Positions 25,057 to 34,727 of a stretch of 49,912 nucleotides of DNA are shown here, piece after piece. Location of the stretch: NCBI GenBank assembly GCA_001792115.1, contig MGFX01000001.1, forward strand, positions 188,694 to 238,605, given 5' to 3'. Under the pieces are notes generated by a model, which worked only from the letters and a program-made list of their open reading frames with translations, did not search any database and had not been told where the DNA came from. The first letter of the stretch is position 1. Every line of letters begins with the position of its first letter. This stretch comes from Candidatus Woesebacteria bacterium RBG_16_42_24 (GTDB lineage Bacteria > Patescibacteriota > Microgenomatia > UBA8517). The position numbers and the translations under genes were made by a program.

Positions 25057-27987
25057 GTGGTAAAGAAAAAAATTGAGGACAAGAAATTTAATAAAGAGCA
25101 AATTGAGGCAATTAAGTATGGAAATGGTCCACTTCTTATTATTGCAGGGGCGGGGACGGGCAAAACCACAGTTATCACCGAGAGAATTAAATACCTCATT
25201 CTTTCCAAGAAAACCAAACCCGAAGAAGTTCTCGCTTTAACCTTTACAGAAAAAGCAGCTAAAGAAATGGAGGAAAGAGTGGATGTGGCAATGCCTTATG
25301 GTTATACACAAATGTGGATAAGTACCTTCCACTCCTTTTGCGATCGGGTGCTAAGGCGGGAGGCGCTCCACATTGGCCTTGACCCCAAATATCACCTGGC
25401 GACCGAGGCAGAGACGGTTCAGTTTATTAGAAATAATCTTTTTAAATTTGATCTCGAATACTTTAGACCCTTAGGCAATCCCACGAAGTTTGTTGGAGGA
25501 ATGTTGCAACACTTTTCAAGGCTTCAGGACGAAGATGTGACACCCAATCAATATATTGATTGGGTGAACTTAAAACCCAAAACTCAAAACTCAAAAGTTT
25601 CGCAAGAAGAGAAGACAGAACTTAAAAAATGGAAAGAACTAGCCCGAGCATACAAGACCTACGACGAACTAAAAACAAAGGAGGGTGTGATGGATTTTGG
25701 GGACCTGATAGTTAAAGCCCTGAAACTTTTTAAAAGTAGGCCAAATATTTTGGGACAGTATCAGAAACAATTTAAGTATGTTTTGGTCGATGAATTCCAG
25801 GACACTAACTACGCGCAAAACGAATTGGCAATTTTACTTGCAGGGAAAGGTAACCTGCCTGCCGGCAGGCAAGGAAATATTACTGTCTGTGGGGACGATG
25901 ACCAGTCAATATATAGATTCCGTGGCGCCGCAGTTTCAAACATTATTCAATTTAGAAAGAATTTTCCAAAATCAAAGATTGTTGTTCTTACCAAGAATTA
26001 TCGATCCACACAAGAGATTTTGGATAGGGCATATCAGCTTATTCAACATAATAATCCGGATAGACTCGAGGCGGTCGAAAAAATAGACAAGAAGTTAGTA
26101 TCCCAAGTTGAAAAAGAGGGCAAAGAAATAAGTTTTATTCATGCGGATAGGGTAGAGAATGAAGCGGATGTGGTTGCCAAAGAAATTAAAAAACTCAAAG
26201 AAGATGGGGGCTACGAGTGGAAAGATTTCGCAATTTTGGTAAGGGCCAATAATCATGCGGAACCTTTCGGCAGAGCTCTCGCGCGGCACGCAGTTCCGTA
26301 CCAATTTCTTGGGCCAGGGAGACTTTTTAAGCAATCCGAAGTGGTCGACCTTATTTCTTATCTCAGGGTTCTTTATAACCTGGAAGATTCTGTTTCATTT
26401 TATAGGCTACTAGCAATTGATTATTTTGATATTAACGCACGCGATCTTGCGACAATCGGAAATAGCTCAAGAAAATTAAATAAAACTTTTTTCGAGGTAT
26501 GCGAGAATATCGACAATCTTTTTGTATCGAAAGAGACAAAAGAAAAAGTCAAAAAGATTTTAGAAATAATTGGAAGGCACTTAAAACTTGTTAGACGCGA
26601 AACAGCGGGGCAGCTCCTTTATTATTTTCTCTCCGACACGGGACTTATGCAAAAAATGCTTTCGCCCGACTCCGCCGAGGCGGAAAAAAAAGCGACAAAT
26701 ATTTCCAAATTTTTCGACAAACTGAAAACCTATGAGGTGGACCACGAGGACGCGACCGTTCCTGCGGTAGTTGATTGGCTGGAATTATCTTCCGAGCTAG
26801 GGGAGTCACCCTTGGCGGCAGATGTCGATTGGGTTAATGTAAATGCGGTTAACATTCTGACTGCTCACTCCGCAAAAGGCTTAGAATTTCCGGTCGTATT
26901 TTTAGTGAACTTGGTTGGCCAAAGATTTCCAACAATTGAAAGAAGGGAACAAATTCCAATCCCAGACGCACTCATAAAGGAGGTTCTGCCGGTCGGCGAT
27001 TACCATTTGGAGGAAGAAAGGCGGCTTTTTTATGTGGGGATGACGAGAGCTCGGGATATTCTTGTCTTTAGTGCGGCCGATTATTACGGGGAGGGTAAAA
27101 GAGAAAAAAGGCTGTCCCCTTTTATTTTTGAGTCGCTTGGAGATTCGGCTGTTTCAGCCGAACAAACACCCGAAAGCGGTCAACAGTTAAGCTTTCTGGA
27201 TTACCGACCGATTGCCGCCGAATTAACGAATCAACGAATTAACAAATCACGATTACATATCGACTACTTGTCCTACTCCCAAATCGAAACCTTTAGGATT
27301 TGTCCCTTACATTACAAATTAAAATATATTTACAAAATTCCCACTCCACCTTCTTCCTCACAAAGCTTTGGGAACAGTTTCCATGCGACAATGAAAGCTT
27401 TTTACGAGGCCTTAGTGAGAAAAGAAAAACCTTCGGAGAAACTAATGTATAGGGTTCTAAAGGAAAACTGGATAAGCGAGGGTTATCTAAATGCTAGACA
27501 CGAGGAGGGGTCGTTTGAAAAAGCCAAAAGATTTTTAAAATATTATTTGAAAAATACTTTTGACCCGAAAATTTCACCCATTTCTATGGAGCAGCCTTTT
27601 GTTGTTCGGCTCGACGGCCTTCGGGTCGGTGGAAAGATGGATAGGGTGGATGTGCATAAAGATGTGCTAGAGATAATCGACTACAAAACCGGTGCAAATC
27701 CGCTCCCCCAAAAAGAAGCAGATAAGGATTTGCAACTTTCCATTTACGCCCTTGCGGCAACCTCTATCCCGGAATTTCCTTTTGCCAGGGTTCCGGAAAA
27801 GGTGAAACTCTCGCTATATTATTTTGACACTCCGCAAATTGTTTCGACAACTAGGACGAAAGAGCAATTGAAAGAAGCAATAAAAATTATCGAGGATTAT
27901 AAAAGGCAAATTGAACACTCGGACTTTAGATGTTCACGCGGATTCCTTTGCGAAAACTGCGAATACTCATTTTTGTGTAGGACCTGA
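25057..27987 (+). CDS. UvrD/Rep-family helicase fused to a C-terminal PD-(D/E)XK nuclease with four Cys
   Basis: AGAGTGKT, DEFQD, GDDDQSIY, HSAKGLEF, EERRLFYVGMTRA; nuclease GKMDRVD...IIDYKTG, QLSIY; CPLHY...CSRGFLCENCEYSFLC. Confidence 0.92.
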   Translation: MVKKKIEDKKFNKEQIEAIKYGNGPLLIIAGAGTGKTTVITERIKYLILSKKTKPEEVLALTFTEKAAKEMEERVDVAMPYGYTQMWISTFHSFCDRVLRREALHIGLDPKYHLATEAETVQFIRNNLFKFDLEYFRPLGNPTKFVGGMLQHFSRLQDEDVTPNQYIDWVNLKPKTQNSKVSQEEKTELKKWKELARAYKTYDELKTKEGVMDFGDLIVKALKLFKSRPNILGQYQKQFKYVLVDEFQDTNYAQNELAILLAGKGNLPAGRQGNITVCGDDDQSIYRFRGAAVSNIIQFRKNFPKSKIVVLTKNYRSTQEILDRAYQLIQHNNPDRLEAVEKIDKKLVSQVEKEGKEISFIHADRVENEADVVAKEIKKLKEDGGYEWKDFAILVRANNHAEPFGRALARHAVPYQFLGPGRLFKQSEVVDLISYLRVLYNLEDSVSFYRLLAIDYFDINARDLATIGNSSRKLNKTFFEVCENIDNLFVSKETKEKVKKILEIIGRHLKLVRRETAGQLLYYFLSDTGLMQKMLSPDSAEAEKKATNISKFFDKLKTYEVDHEDATVPAVVDWLELSSELGESPLAADVDWVNVNAVNILTAHSAKGLEFPVVFLVNLVGQRFPTIERREQIPIPDALIKEVLPVGDYHLEEERRLFYVGMTRARDILVFSAADYYGEGKREKRLSPFIFESLGDSAVSAEQTPESGQQLSFLDYRPIAAELTNQRINKSRLHIDYLSYSQIETFRICPLHYKLKYIYKIPTPPSSSQSFGNSFHATMKAFYEALVRKEKPSEKLMYRVLKENWISEGYLNARHEEGSFEKAKRFLKYYLKNTFDPKISPISMEQPFVVRLDGLRVGGKMDRVDVHKDVLEIIDYKTGANPLPQKEADKDLQLSIYALAATSIPEFPFARVPEKVKLSLYYFDTPQIVSTTRTKEQLKEAIKIIEDYKRQIEHSDFRCSRGFLCENCEYSFLCRT
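25854..25874. repeat. 21-bp palindromic element in frame in the helicase
   Basis: CCTGCCTGCCGGCAGGCAAGG encodes N-LPAGRQ-G. Confidence 0.85.
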
Positions 27988-27990
27988 AAA

Positions 27991-28024
27991 TAGGTCTTGA
28001 CAAAAGACCTAAATATAGTACTAT
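27991..28024 (+). promoter_or_regulatory. TA promoter with palindromic operator
   Basis: TAGGTCTT-N5-AAGACCTA overlaps TTGACA (27997); TACTAT at 28019, ATG 6 nt later. Confidence 0.75.
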
Positions 28025-28030
28025 TTACAT

Positions 28031-28270
28031 ATGACAAGCGTATCCATTACTGACCTGAAGACAAAACCAGCCTCGGTTATTTTAGCTTCGGAGGATTATC
28101 CTGTTGCAATTAAAAGTAGAGAGAAGACCAAAGCCTACCTTGTAGGCAGAAGCCTTTTTGAGAAGATGATTGCGTACATTGAGGATGTTGAGGACGTTAA
28201 AGCTGTTGAGAAAGCAGATTTAAGCAAGGCTACAGATTTTGAAGAATTTGCCAAAGAGCTGGGGATATGA
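28031..28270 (+). CDS. Phd/YefM-family antitoxin
   Basis: VSITDLKTKPASVI...PVAIKSREKTKAYLV N-terminus, acidic C-terminus, ATGA overlap with the toxin. Confidence 0.8.
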   Translation: MTSVSITDLKTKPASVILASEDYPVAIKSREKTKAYLVGRSLFEKMIAYIEDVEDVKAVEKADLSKATDFEEFAKELGI

Positions 28271-28539
28271 ATCTTAAGATTATTCCTCAGGCGAAAAAGC
28301 AAATCAGAAAACTTTCTAAAACTACCCAAATTATAGTTGGCAACAAGATAAGACAACTGGGAACAGGAAACTTTAGCAATTCCAAAAAACTGGCTTCCTA
28401 TAAGGATGTTTTTAGGATTAGATTGGGTGATTATCGGATTGTTTATATCCTTAGATCAGATAGTGTTTATATAATCCTAGTTACACACAGAAGAGAAGCT
28501 TACAAAAAGCTTGCTATTTATTACAAACATTTTAAATAG
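28267..28539 (+). CDS. relE: RelE/ParE-family toxin
   Basis: AKKQIRKL, FRIRLGDYRIVY, HRREAY. Confidence 0.88.
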   Translation: MNLKIIPQAKKQIRKLSKTTQIIVGNKIRQLGTGNFSNSKKLASYKDVFRIRLGDYRIVYILRSDSVYIILVTHRREAYKKLAIYYKHFK

Positions 28540-28540
28540 A

Positions 28541-28801
28541 CTACCTAAACCCTATTATTTGATATCCGTATTTTCCGATGTCTTTTTTTGAAAAGAATTT
28601 TAGACCTTTCGTTTTGAGAACATAAGTTACTTTTTTCCCGATTTTTCTCCCTGTATATTTCTCTGTTTTCGGATCCCATTCGCGGAGAATTAATAAGTCT
28701 CCAGGTTTGCACTTCCAGTCTGCAAGTCTAACTTCGAAATTTTTCTTGCCATCTTTTATCTCTTTGAAAAATTTCGGCCAAGTTTTCTTTTTTAAAATCA
28801 T
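28541..28801 (-). CDS. DUF3850/ASCH-like protein
   Basis: KTWPKFF..I.DGKKNFEVR, GDLLILREWD, YTGR; ATGA overlap with the upstream gene sets the start at 28801. Confidence 0.78.
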   Translation of the reverse strand: MILKKKTWPKFFKEIKDGKKNFEVRLADWKCKPGDLLILREWDPKTEKYTGRKIGKKVTYVLKTKGLKFFSKKDIGKYGYQIIGFR

Positions 28802-29043
28802 CGAGGATATTCTGTTAATAATTTCTGGAGGTATGCCAATAGGGGGGCTCGCCAATCATCCTCGAGTTGAGTTTTGGCCATCTCAACTACTTTTCTATCC
28901 GAGATTGAAAGATTAAGTTTTTCTAATTTTCTGCAAAGGTCGAGGATTTGAAAATCGCCTAATTCGTCAAATATATATCTTCTTTTTTCTTCTTCTGTTA
29001 CATCAAAATCTTTGAATAGTTTATTTTTCTCTTCGTCTGTCAT
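28798..29043 (-). CDS. Small hypothetical protein
   Basis: 81 aa, translationally coupled at both ends within the operon. Confidence 0.65.
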   Translation of the reverse strand: MTDEEKNKLFKDFDVTEEEKRRYIFDELGDFQILDLCRKLEKLNLSISDRKVVEMAKTQLEDDWRAPLLAYLQKLLTEYPR

Positions 29044-29864
29044 TGGCTAAATGGTAGCAGATTTTTTACAAAAGTTCCCGGATAGGAAACTTCGTACCCC
29101 CCAGAGGATTTTTTGAAATGGGTAAAACCCTGCCAGCTTTTATTGGGAAATCGTTCATCAAAAATTCCTTCAAAATCAAACATTTTGGCCCCTTTAGTTT
29201 TTGCCCAGAGGATTCCATCCCAAACAATTTTATACTGAGCCAATTCCTTTCTGCCCTCTTTGTTAGTAAATGCCTGCCAATAATATGCCAACCCATCTCC
29301 AATCAAGAAAATCGCTCCGGCGGAGGAATTATTGGTTGTTAAAAATAGAGCCTTGTCCTTAAAAGAATTCTTAAGGGCAAGAAGGTGGGTCAGCGGGGGG
29401 ACATAGCGTTTCATCCCAACGGATTTTTTCCAACTTTCCCGAAACTTTTTTAAATCTTTGAGCTCTTTTGTCTCTAGGTTCTCTGTTTTTTTAATTGCAG
29501 TACGGGCATCTTTTTTCATCCCCATAATAAGTTGTTTCGCTGATTTTGTCAGGTCCAAAAGGAGTGTTTTTGTGGGAAGATAGGGAGACTTACTTAATTT
29601 AAAACCAACAGAGGTTAAGAATTTTGCGTCCAACTGGGTCCTCGGTTCTACAATTATTTGGAAAGCATGATATTTTGTACTTAATTTCTTAATATCGTTA
29701 TATCGTATCTCCTCCGGCCTCTGAACTTTTAAGACAGATCCAAGTAAGGGAATTTTTTTGATGAAGTAATTAATCTCGGCTATCCTTTCAACTTCCCAGC
29801 CGATTTTTGATAAATATTTTGCATACTGGAGTGCTTGTCTTATATCTATCATTTTCAGTTTCAC
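29040..29864 (-). CDS. FemAB/FemX-like peptidoglycan bridge formation protein (GNAT)
   Basis: QALQYAKYL...GW, MKKDARTAIKK, MFDFEGI, GFTHFKKSSGG. Confidence 0.8.
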   Translation of the reverse strand: MKLKMIDIRQALQYAKYLSKIGWEVERIAEINYFIKKIPLLGSVLKVQRPEEIRYNDIKKLSTKYHAFQIIVEPRTQLDAKFLTSVGFKLSKSPYLPTKTLLLDLTKSAKQLIMGMKKDARTAIKKTENLETKELKDLKKFRESWKKSVGMKRYVPPLTHLLALKNSFKDKALFLTTNNSSAGAIFLIGDGLAYYWQAFTNKEGRKELAQYKIVWDGILWAKTKGAKMFDFEGIFDERFPNKSWQGFTHFKKSSGGYEVSYPGTFVKNLLPFSQ

Positions 29865-29919
29865 TTTCTGACAAACTGGCTATCTGAAGTCAGCCACCCG
29901 ACCAACGGATAAACCGAAC

Positions 29920-30954
29920 CTAGAAACTTGGTTTGACGAATTTACTTTTGGCGCGAAGAACTATCCAACGAATGGATTCGACGACTCGATAAGCATAATA
30001 AAGAGGTTTATTTATAACCAAGTCCCAGGTTCCCAAGAATTCTACAACCTTAGGGCTATACCCTTCTTTAAACCGGGTAAAGCCTTTTCCTTCCTCGCGA
30101 CCCCAGAGGTCAAAAGTTTTAAGTCCCAAAGATTTCCCAAAACGTATTGCCTCCCACATAATTAGATTGTTTGCCATGACGTTTTTGTATTTTTCGGTTG
30201 ATGCACCGTAAGGATAGTAAAGGAAATCTTTCCAAACAAAAACAATCCAAGTGGTAATTATTTGGCCTCCTCGCCCGCCATCGCTACGCTCAGGCGTTGC
30301 GGGCGGGTTATATCTTGCGACAAGAAGTCGGGCTATTGGAGTTTTTGAGTTTTTGAGTTTTTGAGTTTTATGTAAATACTTCCACATCAGCCGGTGGTAT
30401 TTTTCGGAATGGGCGTAAAAACCTTGACGGATAACTGTTTCGCGGGTAAGTTTGATATATTTTTCAAATGCTTTCTCGGAATTATCCTCCACAACTTCGA
30501 CTCCATTTTTCTGGGCGAGTCGGATGTTATAACGGGTCTTGGGATTAAAGCTTTTTAAAAGTTCTTCTTCTGGTTTGGTTAAATCAATCCAAAAAGTAGT
30601 TGGGGTAAATAGGGTTTTGCCAGGAACGCAGCCATTTTCGCGGAGAAGTTTAGTTAATTTATTCTTCGTTAATTCGTTCGGAGCTACATGGTTGGGTTCA
30701 AGTTTTATAAAAATCAAATTTTCGTCTTTTGCGAGTTTTTTTAATTCGTTAAGCGCCTCTTTTGTAGGAGCAGGCCCCTTTTCAAAAGCGGCTATCTTAT
30801 AAGGAAGAAATGGAATTTTATGAAGAGTTAGTTGTCCGAAGGGAAGCCTTACCACTTCGTTTCCCCAGGCTTTTCTAAACTCTCCCCATTCCCAAGTTTG
30901 AAGTGGGTGGGACGCGACATTATTTAAGACCTCTGGTGATATTTGGTCAGCCAT
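29920..30954 (-). CDS. FemX/FemAB-family lipid II:amino acid ligase
   Basis: HPLQTWEWGEFR, KTRYNIRLAQKNGV, YYPYGAS, MWEAI, FDLWG, GFTRFKEGY; start moved to 30954. Confidence 0.92.
   Translation of the reverse strand: MADQISPEVLNNVASHPLQTWEWGEFRKAWGNEVVRLPFGQLTLHKIPFLPYKIAAFEKGPAPTKEALNELKKLAKDENLIFIKLEPNHVAPNELTKNKLTKLLRENGCVPGKTLFTPTTFWIDLTKPEEELLKSFNPKTRYNIRLAQKNGVEVVEDNSEKAFEKYIKLTRETVIRQGFYAHSEKYHRLMWKYLHKTQKLKNSKTPIARLLVARYNPPATPERSDGGRGGQIITTWIVFVWKDFLYYPYGASTEKYKNVMANNLIMWEAIRFGKSLGLKTFDLWGREEGKGFTRFKEGYSPKVVEFLGTWDLVINKPLYYAYRVVESIRWIVLRAKSKFVKPSF
30269..30307. repeat. 39-bp hairpin element in frame in the FemX-like gene
   Basis: Minus strand CCCGCCCGCAACGCCTGAGCGTAGCGATGGCGGGCGAGG; related copy at 48137-48174. 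Confidence 0.85.
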
Positions 30955-30977
30955 GTCTATATGATACACTGGAAGGG

Positions 30978-31604
30978 ATGAAACGAAAAAATAAAGGCTT
31001 TTCGGCTATTCTGGTTCTTATTTTGGTTTTACTGGTCGCAGCAGCTGGCGGAGTATTTTATTTAAATTCAAAAAAGGAATCGACTGGTGTCCCATCACCT
31101 TCACCAACTCAAACGTTGTCGCCGACTCCGACGTCCAAACCCAGTACTAGTTGGAAGACATATACAAATAGTGAATTGGGTATAAGCATAAGTTACCCTC
31201 CCAAATGGACAATATCTAAGGTCGAGAAAGTAGAAGGTGTTTCGACCTTCTGGCTAACTAGTGATTCGCCAAGTAAAACCTATACAGGGGGGAATTTGCA
31301 GATAGTAATTGGAAGTGCTCTTGTTTATTCCACATCGGGTGCGTTATTTGGAAACGCATTAAGTTGCGAAGGAGAAGGACAGTTTACAGATAAACCCTTC
31401 TCGGTAGAAATTGAAGGCGAGGTTTATACCACTCAGATCAATGGGAAGTCTTGCATCAAAACGGGAGATGATTTGAAGTTGGAGCATTACCGTTTTCAAT
31501 TCTATGAAGAGGGAAAGCTTCCATATGTAACAGGAACTTATTTTACCATGGAGGAACGGGAGGAGATTGTTAGTATGCTCTCGACTATCAAATTTTTAGA
31601 TTAG
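30978..31604 (+). CDS. Membrane-anchored exported protein (Ser/Pro/Thr linker; WKTYTNSELGISISYP, PsbP-like start)
   Basis: KGFS-hydrophobic N-terminus; TACACT-N7-ATG. Confidence 0.7.
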   Translation: MKRKNKGFSAILVLILVLLVAAAGGVFYLNSKKESTGVPSPSPTQTLSPTPTSKPSTSWKTYTNSELGISISYPPKWTISKVEKVEGVSTFWLTSDSPSKTYTGGNLQIVIGSALVYSTSGALFGNALSCEGEGQFTDKPFSVEIEGEVYTTQINGKSCIKTGDDLKLEHYRFQFYEEGKLPYVTGTYFTMEEREEIVSMLSTIKFLD

Positions 31605-31606
31605 TT

Positions 31607-33466
31607 TCAAAAGTTTATATCGTCGAACTCTCCCAAACTTTTTAATAATCTATCTGTTCCTGTTCCTTGAAGAAGAGTTTCCGGAATATCAATTATAAAC
31701 CGACTAGGGGGATTTGAAATCTTTTCCCCGAAGTAAAGTCTACGGGTGGCGTAGGAAAGATACAAAAGATTTTTGGCCCGGGTTATTCCTACATAAGCCA
31801 AACGCCTTTCTTCTTCGAGTTGGCTTGAGTCCCAAAGAGAACGGGAATGGGGGAAAAGCCCTTCTTCCATTCCGACGATGAATACAACGGGAAATTCGAG
31901 ACCCTTGGCCGCATGTAGAGTCATCAAGGTGACCGCGTCACGTCGTGATACGTGATTCGTATTTTGTGATTTGAATTGTTCCGTCTCGACAAGTGCAACA
32001 TTTTCCAGAAATTCGTTGATATTTGGAAACTCCGTTGCGACCGAGCGGAGTTCTTTAATGTTTTCGAGTCTCGCCAAGTTTTCCTCGGTTTCTTTTTGAT
32101 AAAGGTCCAAGTACCCAGTTTTCTCTAAAACTATGTCCAATAAATCGAGGGTTGTGAAGCTTTCCAGGTTTTCTATTTCTTCTTTCAGGCTTTTAAACTT
32201 CTCGATCCTTCTCACTCCCAATTTTTCAATTCTTCTTTTGGCTACAGTGTCTTTAGGGTTAATCAGGAGTCTTAGAAAAGAAAGAACGTCTTTAATTTCT
32301 TTGCGGCCGTAAAATCTGACGCCACCAACCAAAAGGTAAGGGATTCCAGAGTGAAGCAGCGCTTCCTCCAAAACACGAGATTGGGCATTAGTTCTATAAA
32401 GAACAGCAATATCTTGAAAAGTGATTGGTGATTGGCGACTGGTGATTAGTGATTGAATTTCGCCCACGACAAAACTTGCTTCATCCAAGCCATTACGAGC
32501 TGTATAGAGTTTTATTTTTTCTCCTGCACCTTTTAACGTCCAAAGTTTTAGAATCGGGTGGGTTTTGTTTTTGGAAATAACCGAATTTGCTGCACTTAGA
32601 ATGTTTTGGGTGGAGCGGTAATTTTGCTCAAGATTAATAATTTTAATGTCGGGGAAGTCTCGAACTAAATAGTTTATATTTCGGTAGTCCGCTCCTCGCC
32701 AGGAATAAATTGATTGTGAAGCATCCCCCACGGCAGTTATATTTTTTCCTCTCCCAACAAGTAATTTTGTCAGAGCATATTGGATTTTGTTTGTGTCCTG
32801 CCATTCGTCGACGAAAATATGAGTTAGCTTTTCCTGCCATTTATTAAGTACTTCGGGAACTTCCTTGAAAAGCTCGACAGTCTTAATAAGAAGGTCGTCA
32901 AAGTCCAGAGCCCCCACTTCTTTTAGGGCTTTTTCGTAAGCGACGTAGACCTTAAAGACCGTTTCACCCCAATCACCGGGGGCAAGTTCTGCGTATTGGG
33001 TCGGTGAAAGCATTTGATTTTTGGCATCAGAGATTTCCCCTAAAATTGCAGCGGGATTATATGAGTCGGTGGACAGGTTAAATTCGCTAAGAATCTGTTT
33101 TACCATCTCCTTTGAGTCATCCTCGTCATAGATTAAAAAACTTGGGTAAATTCCGATATGCTTCCCGTCGATTCTTAAAATTTTTGCGCAGAAAGAGTGG
33201 AAGGTTCCAGAATAGGGCGGGGTAGAGCCGGTCAGGGACGCAATTCTTTCCTTCATTTCTCCGGAAGCTTTATTGGTAAACGTTAACAGAAGCGCATTTT
33301 CTGGTTTAAGAGTCTTTTCGGCAATAAAATATGCAACCCGGTGGGTTAAAACTTTAGTTTTGCCGCTACCCGCTCCCGCCAAGACTAGAAGTGGTCCCCC
33401 GATATAAGTTACGGCTTTAACCTGCTCTTTATTTAAGCTGGAAAGTAGCTTGTTTCCCTTTTGCAT
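31607..33466 (-). CDS. pcrA: ATP-dependent DNA helicase PcrA/UvrD
   Basis: AGAGSGKT, DEWQD, GDASQSIYSWRGA, LEQNYRST, YRTNAQSR, HAAKGLEF, EERRLAYVGITRA. Confidence 0.96.
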   Translation of the reverse strand: MQKGNKLLSSLNKEQVKAVTYIGGPLLVLAGAGSGKTKVLTHRVAYFIAEKTLKPENALLLTFTNKASGEMKERIASLTGSTPPYSGTFHSFCAKILRIDGKHIGIYPSFLIYDEDDSKEMVKQILSEFNLSTDSYNPAAILGEISDAKNQMLSPTQYAELAPGDWGETVFKVYVAYEKALKEVGALDFDDLLIKTVELFKEVPEVLNKWQEKLTHIFVDEWQDTNKIQYALTKLLVGRGKNITAVGDASQSIYSWRGADYRNINYLVRDFPDIKIINLEQNYRSTQNILSAANSVISKNKTHPILKLWTLKGAGEKIKLYTARNGLDEASFVVGEIQSLITSRQSPITFQDIAVLYRTNAQSRVLEEALLHSGIPYLLVGGVRFYGRKEIKDVLSFLRLLINPKDTVAKRRIEKLGVRRIEKFKSLKEEIENLESFTTLDLLDIVLEKTGYLDLYQKETEENLARLENIKELRSVATEFPNINEFLENVALVETEQFKSQNTNHVSRRDAVTLMTLHAAKGLEFPVVFIVGMEEGLFPHSRSLWDSSQLEEERRLAYVGITRAKNLLYLSYATRRLYFGEKISNPPSRFIIDIPETLLQGTGTDRLLKSLGEFDDINF

Positions 33467-33502
33467 CTAAAATACAATAGTCTCTACGAGCATAATTCTA
33501 GC

Positions 33503-34609
33503 ATGGAAGACCCGACCGTTCCCCAACCCAAGCCCATAAGTAAGGCTAAAGTGACTTTTTCTAGGCTCAAAAGGAGAATTTTGAAACATACGTGGGCGGT
33601 AAGAGCAGGAATTCTTGGACTAATTTTCGTAAGTATCTATTTAATTTTTACTTTAATCGGATTTATATTGGGCCACACCCCATTAGGCAACTTTGTAAAG
33701 CTGTCTGGAGACTTTTTATTCACCCCAGAAGGGAAAATAGAAATTTTAGACGGAAGAACGAACATTTTGATTTTGGGAAAAGGCGGTGTGGGACACGAGG
33801 CGCCAGACTTGACCGATACAATTATTCTTGCCTCAGTCTCTTACAAAAATCCCGAAATAAAATTGGTTTCGCTTCCTAGAGACATCTGGATACCCGATCT
33901 TAGGACAAAATTAAATAGTGTCTATTACTGGGGAAATCAAAAACAAACTGGGGGCGGAATAATTTTGGCAAAGTCGACAGTTGAAGAAATTAGCGGACAA
34001 AAGGTGCAGTACGGAGTTGTGATTGATTTCTCTGCCTTCAAGGAGATAATTGATACCCTCGGTGGCGTCGAAGTGGACGTAGAAAGAGAATTTACCGATA
34101 CAAGATATCCAATCGTCGGGAAGGAAAATGACGAGTGCGGAGGGGATAAAGAATTTAAATGTCGTTATGAAACTATACATTTTGAGAAGGGCCTTCAGGC
34201 TATGGATGGGGCGAGAGCCCTGAAGTTTGCCAGGAGTCGAAATGCCCAAGGAGACGAAGGGACGGATTTTGCCCGCTCTCAACGCCAACAAAAAATAATA
34301 TCGGCAATTTCCAAAAAAGTTATTTCGACCAAAATTCTTCTTTCTCCTAAGACCCTCTTAAAATTATGGGAAATTGTTAGAATTTCCATCGAGACCGATA
34401 TACCCGATTCTTCTGGGGCGATTTTGGCTAGGCGCTTACTTGCAGCTAAAAATAGCCTGAATTCCCAGGTTTTACCTCAAAACCTTTTAGTGAATCCCCC
34501 TGAATCTCCCAGATATGATAGCCTCTATGTATTTATTCCGAGAAGCGGGGACTGGAGCGAAGTTCATTCGTGGGTTGAGTGTGTCATCTCGGGAGGGATT
34601 TGTAATTAA
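33503..34609 (+). CDS. LytR-CpsA-Psr (LCP) family protein
   Basis: NILILG, LTDTIIL, VSLPRDIW, FARSR...TDFARSQRQQ; CATAAT-N6-ATG. Confidence 0.92.
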   Translation: MEDPTVPQPKPISKAKVTFSRLKRRILKHTWAVRAGILGLIFVSIYLIFTLIGFILGHTPLGNFVKLSGDFLFTPEGKIEILDGRTNILILGKGGVGHEAPDLTDTIILASVSYKNPEIKLVSLPRDIWIPDLRTKLNSVYYWGNQKQTGGGIILAKSTVEEISGQKVQYGVVIDFSAFKEIIDTLGGVEVDVEREFTDTRYPIVGKENDECGGDKEFKCRYETIHFEKGLQAMDGARALKFARSRNAQGDEGTDFARSQRQQKIISAISKKVISTKILLSPKTLLKLWEIVRISIETDIPDSSGAILARRLLAAKNSLNSQVLPQNLLVNPPESPRYDSLYVFIPRSGDWSEVHSWVECVISGGICN

Positions 34610-34727
34610 TTTTATTCTAAATTTTATTTAAGACGAGAGATATTATACTGTTGAAAATTATAGACTTGGCTGAGTGGAATGAATGAAATTTTCTCTATCA
34701 GACTCACCGCGGCGCGATGTAAAGTAC

